DNA of 64,000 nt, from the IMG/VR virus record IMGVR_UViG_3300043411_002794, positions 128,195 through 192,194 of that record; one strand, 5' to 3'. The stretch's first letter is position 1. Each line of letters starts with the position of its first letter. The notes below the pieces were generated by a model. It was given only the letters and a program-made list of their open reading frames with translations, was not told the origin of the DNA and did not search any database. The position numbers were made by a program, and so were the translations under genes. Source of the DNA: a virus. Positions 52,306-59,306 of this stretch are shown here, piece after piece.

Positions 52306-53300
52306 CAGTAAAGCTCTACGGTGGTTGCCAGCATGGCGGAAACAGACGTCTCCATGATCTTCACAGAGCTGTCGTTGTCGCCATAACTGATGAGAAGTCG
52401 GTTGTCTTGTCTGACCATGCCGACCGGAAAACAAACCTGAATCAACCCGGCCTTGCGAAAGTGCGGCTCTACCGCCGCTTCGGCCGGCAGGTAAGTGCGA
52501 CGACCACACCGCAGCACGCGAAACGGCGGCTTCCCGTCAAAGACGTAGCAGCCGTTGTCGTAGAAGTGCAGCTTGCCGGACGGCTTCGCCACCGTGTGAA
52601 ACGTCCCCAAGAACGTCCCGTCCTGCAACGCAACCGGCGGCGTGTTACCGCGGAAAAATTCATCATGAAACCACGGTGAATCCCATTCCGTTTCGCAGTA
52701 CGGCTGGGCAAAGCAACCGGGCTCCCGTAATTCGTACACAGCGTGCGGCCGAATCGACGCGATCAAAAACAGTCGATTGTCCTGGCCGATAAACGGCGTC
52801 CAATTCTTTTGCCGCGCTTCCCCGGGCATACTAACGCGGAACGGCTCCGGCGGCTTCCACATCAACTCCGGCCCGACACCCGCATAATGCTCGGCGAGCA
52901 CGGCGGCCCGAATACATTCATTCTTAAACGTACCGGTGTCATGCGACGAGTAGACCATCAATAGTTGCCGCTTCCACCAGATCAAACGCGGATCGGCACA
53001 GTTGGTAATCCCGAGCGGTCGCTGCGTGCCGGGAATCACACGAAGGTCATTCGTCAATCGGCACGCCGTGAAACTACGTTCGTCGGGACGGTAGACACAG
53101 ATGTATCCGCCGTGCACCGGATCTTCGACCAGTCCGGCGTTGAAACATCCGTGCGGCAGATCCAATCGCGTAACCTGCGACGGATCAAGCAAACTCGTCA
53201 GCACTTCGGTGGGCGGCCGCTTAACGTGCGGAGCGGGCGGTGGTCGTTTGACGATTCCCGGCCTAAACCGTGCCGGCTGTCCCTTTCCCGGTGTAGCCAT
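52305..53300 (-). CDS. Five-bladed beta-propeller glycosidase/phosphorylase (GH130-like)
   Basis: FNAGL, CADPRL, QKNW, RGNTPP, VCFPVG...ISYGDND; start moved to MATPGK. Confidence 0.7.
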   Translation of the reverse strand: MATPGKGQPARFRPGIVKRPPPAPHVKRPPTEVLTSLLDPSQVTRLDLPHGCFNAGLVEDPVHGGYICVYRPDERSFTACRLTNDLRVIPGTQRPLGITNCADPRLIWWKRQLLMVYSSHDTGTFKNECIRAAVLAEHYAGVGPELMWKPPEPFRVSMPGEARQKNWTPFIGQDNRLFLIASIRPHAVYELREPGCFAQPYCETEWDSPWFHDEFFRGNTPPVALQDGTFLGTFHTVAKPSGKLHFYDNGCYVFDGKPPFRVLRCGRRTYLPAEAAVEPHFRKAGLIQVCFPVGMVRQDNRLLISYGDNDSSVKIMETSVSAMLATTVELY

Positions 53301-53366
53301 AACATCCCTGCATGTGAGTTGAGAACGTGATAAGCCTAGTCGCGTCGCCAAAATGTTGCAACTTGG

Positions 53367-53378
53367 CTGATAGCTAAA
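53367..53378 (-). promoter_or_regulatory. CTGATAGCTAAA motif (copy 2)
   Basis: Directly downstream of the terminator, as at 12767. Confidence 0.4.
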
Positions 53379-53414
53379 AGAAAGAAGAGGCGGCCGGGAG
53401 TTACCCCGGCCGCC
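53379..53414 (-). terminator. Intrinsic terminator
   Basis: GGCGGCCGGG / CCCGGCCGCC stem with A/G-rich tract (U-rich on the - strand). Confidence 0.75.
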
Positions 53415-53422
53415 CCAATTAC

Positions 53423-53893
53423 TTAACGGAAACGCTGGCACCAATAGGTGCGGCCGTAGAGCACGACACCACCGATGCCGATCTTCGTGCCGCGGCAGAG
53501 AATGTTGGCGCAGTGCCCGCTGGAATTCATCCAAGTTCGCATCACAGCGTCGCTATGCGGCTGGCCGCAAGCAATGTTCTCCCGCCAACCCGGGGCGTGA
53601 TACATGCTCCGCCGCGTCGCCATGTGCAAGGCCCACGCGCGGGCGCCTTCCATCAACACCGGACACGGTTCCAGTGGGTTCAAGCCGCGGCGGGCTCGTT
53701 CGGCATTCACACGATCAAGCACTTCTTGTTCGTGCGGGGCCAAAACCACTTCCGGCTCGGCCGACGAAAAAGCCTGAGCAGGCGGGGCGATAACCTGCTC
53801 AGGCCGTTTGTCCTGACTATAAGCCAGGTCGCCGGACAGAATAACCGAGACCACCAGAAACGCAAGTCCGCAAACGAATCCATTCTTCATCAC
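53423..53893 (-). CDS. Secreted CAP (SCP/PR-1) domain protein
   Basis: Signal peptide; VNAERARRGL, ENIACG, WMNSSGHCANIL, IGIG...YWCQRF. Confidence 0.9.
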   Translation of the reverse strand: MMKNGFVCGLAFLVVSVILSGDLAYSQDKRPEQVIAPPAQAFSSAEPEVVLAPHEQEVLDRVNAERARRGLNPLEPCPVLMEGARAWALHMATRRSMYHAPGWRENIACGQPHSDAVMRTWMNSSGHCANILCRGTKIGIGGVVLYGRTYWCQRFR

Positions 53894-54972
53894 AACAATC
53901 CTCCACAGGCTGCACAGAGTCGATCACGACCGTCGTAATCGACCAAACTACTACACCATCGACATCGGACGACACCGGCTTGGTCCGGGTGAGCGCCGAT
54001 TGCATTCATGCTATCCAGGGACGGCGCACCGCTGTCTCGCTGGATGAGAGAAACAATTTCATGCCGCGAGTTAGACACGTTTTCCGACGGATACGGCCAA
54101 TTCACCTGCGGGTTGTAGTCGCTGGCAATCCGAATCAGCACCAGATGCGCGGCAAGAATTTGCTCGCTGCTGTACCCGTCGGGGTTGACGTAAGTTGAAA
54201 GCGACGCCGTCACGTACGACGGAGCCGTCATCACAAAACACGGAAGCATGAACAGCGTGCGTTCGGCCGGCGTCGGCTGTCTTTGTGCGACGAACGGCGC
54301 TGGTGTATTGCGATACGACTGCCACGTGCGGCGAAGCCTCGCAAGACTGTACGCCATAAACCTGCGCATGTTAGTACCAACTGTCGGCACAAATGCATCG
54401 GCCGTCGGATACTCGTGGAGATCCTTCAACACATCGAACAAATTAGGCAGCAAGTCTTCATAAGTTTGCGGCCAGGTATCCTCATTCGCCGTTACCTGCT
54501 CGCGATACTCTTCCATCTCCGTCATTGCTGTTCGCTCGTACTCAGCCTGCGTCGGTACGACCTCATCGAGCTGAATGCTCCGACGCGGTGTGTCTGCCGC
54601 GGCTTGCGTCGGTTGCCGCAGTTCTTCTTGCTGCGACGCCGTTTGCATCATTTCTTGCGTCACCGACGGCTCCGCCAGTTCCTCCTCCAACGACGCATGC
54701 GACATAGTCGCAGAACTGTTGCCAAACAGCACTTCGCGTAAGTGAGCCATTCGTGCCGCACGTGACGATATTACGAATGATCCCGGCAAACCAATGTTCG
54801 GCGGGATCGAACCCAGTGCCCGCGAAGCAATCTGCGGATCTTCCACCAAGATCGAAAGGATGCCGGTTCGCAGTAGGTCGCGATCGTCAATCTGTAGTAT
54901 GTGCGTAGTCGGCGGCAGGCCGAGCAGGTCTGCGAAGTGGCCGGCTATTAACGTCAGTTGTTTGGTCCGCAT
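53890..54972 (-). CDS. Hypothetical protein with C-terminal zinc ribbon
   Basis: Start MRTKQL via TAATG overlap; CRWC...CAAC at the C-terminus. Confidence 0.6.
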   Translation of the reverse strand: MRTKQLTLIAGHFADLLGLPPTTHILQIDDRDLLRTGILSILVEDPQIASRALGSIPPNIGLPGSFVISSRAARMAHLREVLFGNSSATMSHASLEEELAEPSVTQEMMQTASQQEELRQPTQAAADTPRRSIQLDEVVPTQAEYERTAMTEMEEYREQVTANEDTWPQTYEDLLPNLFDVLKDLHEYPTADAFVPTVGTNMRRFMAYSLARLRRTWQSYRNTPAPFVAQRQPTPAERTLFMLPCFVMTAPSYVTASLSTYVNPDGYSSEQILAAHLVLIRIASDYNPQVNWPYPSENVSNSRHEIVSLIQRDSGAPSLDSMNAIGAHPDQAGVVRCRWCSSLVDYDGRDRLCAACGGLL

Positions 54973-56147
54973 TACGGGTTCAACCAATCGAGATTGCTGC
55001 GATCCGCGTGCAGCGTGTGCCATCCCTGCGGATCCCAGAGATCAGCGATCATGGAAAAATATTCCTGGTACATGTGACGTATCCGATAGATGCTCCACTT
55101 ACGGTGTGCTCGCTCGTAGATGTACGCGCGATCGAGATTAGCCGCTTGTCGTACGGCGTAGACGTATTGATCAAGCGTCCGACAACGGAAGCCGGTCCGC
55201 CCGTGCTCGACGGTCTCGGGGAAGGCGCCCCAGTCGCTGGTGATGACCGGCGTCCCGCACATCTGGGCTTCGACGTTGACGCCGCCGAAGGGTTCCAGGT
55301 ACACGGTCGGCACGATCACGGCCGCTGCCTCGCCCATCAGGCGAGCTCTGGTTGCAACATCCACGTGACCGACGAACCGCATCCGATCGCAACGGTATTC
55401 GCCGTCCGACGTCCGCAGGATGCCGCTCGTGTCGACGTTGCGGGTGAACACGCCGCCTTGCCCGGCAACCACCAATTCCATCCCGGCGGCGTTGGCGACG
55501 GCACAGGCCGTGTCGATGCCCTTGCGGGAGATCAAGCGACCGAGAAAGAACAAGTACGGCCGGGCTGCCCGCTGGGCGGTGTAGGGGAAGTCCGCCGGAT
55601 CGAAGTAATTGGGAATGACGACGTGATAGTTGTCGCCGTTCGGGTCGTCGCCGCCCTGGTGCCCGTAGCACTTCGCCTGATGGGCGTAGGACTCGTAGCA
55701 GCGGAAACGAGCAAACGTCCCGCCATAACCGATCCCATACTCGACGACGGCACAGTTGTCGCCGGCCGCGGCAGCAATCGGCTGCTGGCAAAGGCCACCA
55801 ATAATGCCGATGAAGTCGCGAGGCTGCTTCCGCTCGTTAATCGCGGCCGCAATCCGCTGGTTATGCGTAACCCAGATCGGCTCGACCGGCGACCACTTGA
55901 GGTGCGACGGCTGCTGCGTTCGGTAGTCGTACGGCCCGAGCAGGGCATCGATTTCAGCCTGTGAAATGACCTGGACGTGCTCGTCACACTCGACTTCGCT
56001 TCCCTCCGCCCCGTAATGAATCACCGTGTGTCCGAGCGATTTCATCATCTTGCAGAAGTTCAGCACCTTCTGCGTATAGGCACAGGCGCAGTTACGCTTA
56101 TGCGTGGCCAAGTGGGGCAAAGCCGGGATGTGGAAGCGGTACGGCAT
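54972..56147 (-). CDS. Glycosyltransferase family 4 (GT-B)
   Basis: FLGRLISRKG, EPFGGVNVEAQMCGTPVITSDWGAFPETV. Confidence 0.92.
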   Translation of the reverse strand: MPYRFHIPALPHLATHKRNCACAYTQKVLNFCKMMKSLGHTVIHYGAEGSEVECDEHVQVISQAEIDALLGPYDYRTQQPSHLKWSPVEPIWVTHNQRIAAAINERKQPRDFIGIIGGLCQQPIAAAAGDNCAVVEYGIGYGGTFARFRCYESYAHQAKCYGHQGGDDPNGDNYHVVIPNYFDPADFPYTAQRAARPYLFFLGRLISRKGIDTACAVANAAGMELVVAGQGGVFTRNVDTSGILRTSDGEYRCDRMRFVGHVDVATRARLMGEAAAVIVPTVYLEPFGGVNVEAQMCGTPVITSDWGAFPETVEHGRTGFRCRTLDQYVYAVRQAANLDRAYIYERAHRKWSIYRIRHMYQEYFSMIADLWDPQGWHTLHADRSNLDWLNP

Positions 56148-56167
56148 GATGACGGTTCCGGTGGGTT

Positions 56168-56182
56168 GGGTTTCTAATTACC
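56168..56182. promoter_or_regulatory. GGGTTTCTAATTACC motif (copy 4)
   Basis: Between a terminator and the GT4 start; flanked by TTGGG/CCCAA inverted arms. Confidence 0.55.
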
Positions 56183-56223
56183 CAAACAAGCCTAGCAAAC
56201 AAACCGAAAATTGTCAGTCAATG

Positions 56224-56252
56224 AAAAGGGCCGCGGATTGCTCCGCGGCCCT
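56224..56252 (-). terminator. Intrinsic terminator
   Basis: AGGGCCGCGG-ATTGCT-CCGCGGCCCT with adjacent AAAA. Confidence 0.75.
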
Positions 56253-56277
56253 CGTTCCTCGTAGGTCCGTTACGAAC

Positions 56278-56523
56278 TTACTTGGTGCACGAGTTGCCGT
56301 TGCAAGTCCCGCGGACCACCGTGCGCTCGCGCTTCACGATCGTCTTGGACTCGCTCTTCGCGCCGCAGCTATTCGTGCACTTCGCCGCACAGCTGCAGAC
56401 GGCACTACGCACGACGTGCACAGTGCGCGCGAGCAGGTGCGGGCGGCAGCGGCAGGCGGCATCCGCATTCGAGGCACACACCGCCAACAGCATCACCGCC
56501 ACGAGCATCGAAACGTACTTCAT
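56278..56523 (-). CDS. Small secreted Cys-rich peptide
   Basis: Signal peptide ending ADA; eight Cys; AAGGAG RBS. Confidence 0.75.
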   Translation of the reverse strand: MKYVSMLVAVMLLAVCASNADAACRCRPHLLARTVHVVRSAVCSCAAKCTNSCGAKSESKTIVKRERTVVRGTCNGNSCTK

Positions 56524-56610
56524 TACAAGCTCCTTCTACCGAGTAACGAAACATCCTAAAACGCAAACAAGAAAAGTAGGCTAGACACCGAGCCAAAAAC
56601 ACGCAACCCG

Positions 56611-57015
56611 CTAAAGCTCGATCATGCGGCGATTTTCAGGTTCCTGCCCTGCGTCGCTGTCTATCTCGGCAGGCTGGGCGTGCTTGGCAAATTCTTTCAG
56701 CAGTTTAATCATGCGATCGTCACCGCGTTGCAGCGTCGCGATCGTGTGATAGCACTCAACAGCAATGTGCAATAACGTGCGTCGCTCGACGTCGGTTATG
56801 TAATCGCGCATCGTCGCCGGCACGATGATCGCAAGGAAGCCGTTGGTTTCCGCCTTGCCTGCCATACGTGTCCGTGTGAATTTCACGCGCAGCTCAGGCC
56901 GCCATTTTTCTTCCTGCAACTTCGTAAACAACTGCATGAACGCACCCGCGTCGTTCCGTGCGTTCATCTTGTGGCCGAGGCGGTAATATTCACGAGCCTT
57001 GTCTAAAGACATCAT
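56611..57015 (-). CDS. Hypothetical protein ending ENRRMIEL
   Basis: Start MMSLDK via ATGA overlap. Confidence 0.65.
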   Translation of the reverse strand: MMSLDKAREYYRLGHKMNARNDAGAFMQLFTKLQEEKWRPELRVKFTRTRMAGKAETNGFLAIIVPATMRDYITDVERRTLLHIAVECYHTIATLQRGDDRMIKLLKEFAKHAQPAEIDSDAGQEPENRRMIEL

Positions 57016-57773
57016 GTGATATCCACCCGTCGTCGATGCTCCGGTGCTGTCGTAATTGTCGCGTCTCCGTCGCTTTGCTCCGTTCGCGATCGGCGTCGTT
57101 CCCGTTGCGGAAACAGTTCCGCCAACGTACTCCCGACATTCGTGCGGCCGCGGATCATGTAGCTCAAGCACGTCTCACTGGTAACAGGCGGCTCCTGGGA
57201 AGCGTCCACGGTGTGCACGGTCATTTCGATCCGATACATGTGTCGATCAACCGACATCCCTTCCGTGCCTTCGGCCGTCGGCGTGATCCGCACGATCGGT
57301 ACATGGTGGGCCGCCAGCAGGGTTTCGAACAGTTGCCCGAACTCGACGGCACTGGTTTCACGGTGATCAATTCGCAGCGGCACGATGTCATGCAAGCTGC
57401 TGGCCGTCCGCCGGAATTCGTACGCCTCCATGTTCTGGATTCGCATCCGACACGTACGATGGAACGACTCCATACGCGAGGTAACCTGCTCCGCGATCTG
57501 TGCGTTAGCGGCAGCTGTTACACGTTCCGTGATTTCTCGCCGATGCTCGTCAAGATTCTCCCGTTGGGTTCGTACGGCAGCCTCGCGTAACTCCGCCGCC
57601 TCATTGCGCAGCTTATGCGCTTCGAACTTTATGTTCTCGGCTCTCTCGACGAGCCCGGCCGCTTCGCCTTGCCCGAGTCGACGACCGTATGCACCGCCCG
57701 CCAGGTACACGAAGCCCAGCGTAGCGAGCCAGCCGAGCACAAAGATGCCGAGCTGTATGGCGGTAAACGTCAT
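57012..57773 (-). CDS. TM-anchored coiled-coil protein ending EHRRRVDIT
   Basis: N-terminal TM helix and heptad-rich region; ATGA overlaps at both ends. Confidence 0.75.
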   Translation of the reverse strand: MTFTAIQLGIFVLGWLATLGFVYLAGGAYGRRLGQGEAAGLVERAENIKFEAHKLRNEAAELREAAVRTQRENLDEHRREITERVTAAANAQIAEQVTSRMESFHRTCRMRIQNMEAYEFRRTASSLHDIVPLRIDHRETSAVEFGQLFETLLAAHHVPIVRITPTAEGTEGMSVDRHMYRIEMTVHTVDASQEPPVTSETCLSYMIRGRTNVGSTLAELFPQRERRRSRTEQSDGDATITTAPEHRRRVDIT

Positions 57774-58216
57774 AGCTCAATACGCCGACGATGCTCGACG
57801 GGCGGACTAGGTGGTGGCGGTGGTGGTTCCGGCGGAGGTGTTGCTGCCGCGGTACGGCCGCCGGACCCCTGAGGAGGACGCGGCCGCGGCAGTGCTGGTG
57901 GCGGTACATGACCCATAGTCGACATCCTCGTATCGATAATCGCGTCCATGCGGGGCAGCAGACCATCCAAGCCGGGATCGCCTGCAGGTCCGCAGACAAG
58001 CCAAGAACCGGGATCGTCATTCAGCAGATCATCTGCAGCTTGCGGTCCCGTAGAAATTGTAAACGTGCCGTCGAGCGTTCGCTGCCACCGTGCTCGATTC
58101 TGAATGATCGCATCCCACGGGTCTCGCGATTTACGTTTGATCGTTCTCGCCAGCAACCCCAGCGAGACGATGCAAAGCACGACGCTGATGAGGGAAACAA
58201 TAATGGGATCAGGCAC
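57770..58216 (-). CDS. TM protein with Pro-rich tail ending EHRRRIEL
   Basis: N-terminal TM helix; poly-Pro segment. Confidence 0.7.
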   Translation of the reverse strand: MPDPIIVSLISVVLCIVSLGLLARTIKRKSRDPWDAIIQNRARWQRTLDGTFTISTGPQAADDLLNDDPGSWLVCGPAGDPGLDGLLPRMDAIIDTRMSTMGHVPPPALPRPRPPQGSGGRTAAATPPPEPPPPPPSPPVEHRRRIEL

Positions 58217-58430
58217 TGAACGTCTCGTCGAGTTGTTCCCCGGATGCGGCCCGCAGCAACAATCGCCGACGAGCCTCTGCCTCCGCTTCAGCGCGTTGCC
58301 GCTGCCTACGCGTGATCCGTTTGGCCTTGTCGATTTCCTTCTGCGGCGGCTGCTTCGACAACACTTCCTTGTTGTACTTGGCCACCTTCACCGCGAGTTC
58401 CTTCTTGGTCAGTTTCTTCCGGCTTGCCAT
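58209..58430 (-). CDS. Small highly basic protein
   Basis: MASRKKLTKKELAVK...; overlaps the upstream ORF tail by ~125 nt. Confidence 0.5.
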   Translation of the reverse strand: MASRKKLTKKELAVKVAKYNKEVLSKQPPQKEIDKAKRITRRQRQRAEAEAEARRRLLLRAASGEQLDETFSA

Positions 58431-59007
58431 GGTTCTTCTCAAAGTCCTCTGCGTGAGTGTGAAGAAGCGTAATATGAAGCGGTACAGCTGCGGCGGAGTC
58501 GCCGAACTGCACAAAAACAGTATCCTCTTCGCGGTGGAGCATCACCCCAAAACGCGTTTGTTGATCGCACATTGCCAAGAACGCCGCCGGAAAGCAATTC
58601 CGCACGACGTCGGCGTGCTGCGATGGAAACATGACGCGATTGCCGACGACCGGCGGCATGTGCACGTACTTAACGGCGTCATCGTGCGGCAGCTCCTGCA
58701 AGATCTCGTGCGGCGATCGCGGATCCGTCAACCACGGATCCCGGCGTGCAATCTGGAACGCCGCCAGTTCATTCTCCGGATAAGTGCGGATCGCCAGCAC
58801 CATCAGCGCGTCTTGCGACAGCACCATGTTCAAAAGGTCCAGCGGGCACACCGTCGACGGACTGCCTGCCGTCTGCGCGTAATGCGTCAGGCCGCGAATG
58901 CCGCCCAACTGCCCGACGGCAAACCGTGCCCCTGTCAGGCGTTCGACGGCGTCCTCGTCGCGGCGGAGCAATTCATTGAGGTCTTCAATCAAACGATCCG
59001 GATCCAT
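58306..59007 (-). CDS. Hypothetical protein (233 aa)
   Basis: GGGAG RBS after a terminator. Confidence 0.65.
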   Translation of the reverse strand: MDPDRLIEDLNELLRRDEDAVERLTGARFAVGQLGGIRGLTHYAQTAGSPSTVCPLDLLNMVLSQDALMVLAIRTYPENELAAFQIARRDPWLTDPRSPHEILQELPHDDAVKYVHMPPVVGNRVMFPSQHADVVRNCFPAAFLAMCDQQTRFGVMLHREEDTVFVQFGDSAAAVPLHITLLHTHAEDFEKNHGKPEETDQEGTRGEGGQVQQGSVVEAAAAEGNRQGQTDHA

Positions 59008-59023
59008 GTGGACTCCCGTAATG

Positions 59024-59059
59024 AAAAAGGCTCACGGCACCTAGTGTACCGTGAGCCTT
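59024..59059 (-). terminator. Intrinsic terminator
   Basis: AAGGCTCACGG / CCGTGAGCCTT stem with A run on the left (U tract on the - strand). Confidence 0.8.
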
Positions 59060-59306
59060 AAAAAATGCGCGGGCAGGGGGTCGCCGCCAGGAATGCCGAT
59101 CGTACATCCCTTGTGGTCGCGTGCGCTGGAAAGTCGGCGTAGGCTGCCGAGAAAGGCGCGAGCGGCGAATTAAGAGTTACCTCCCCTCGGGACGCATCGA
59201 CTTACCTACGTACGTCCCATCACAGTCATGTTGAACCCTGCTGCAACCTGCTTCAGCTGCAGACCGTATCTAGTCTCCCGGCGTCGGATACGGCCGACCT
59301 GCACCG

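Noticed and set aside
59060-59306. ~250-bp gap as a possible tRNA or ncRNA locus
   Set aside because: No cloverleaf, T-loop or other recognisable structure; cannot support a call.
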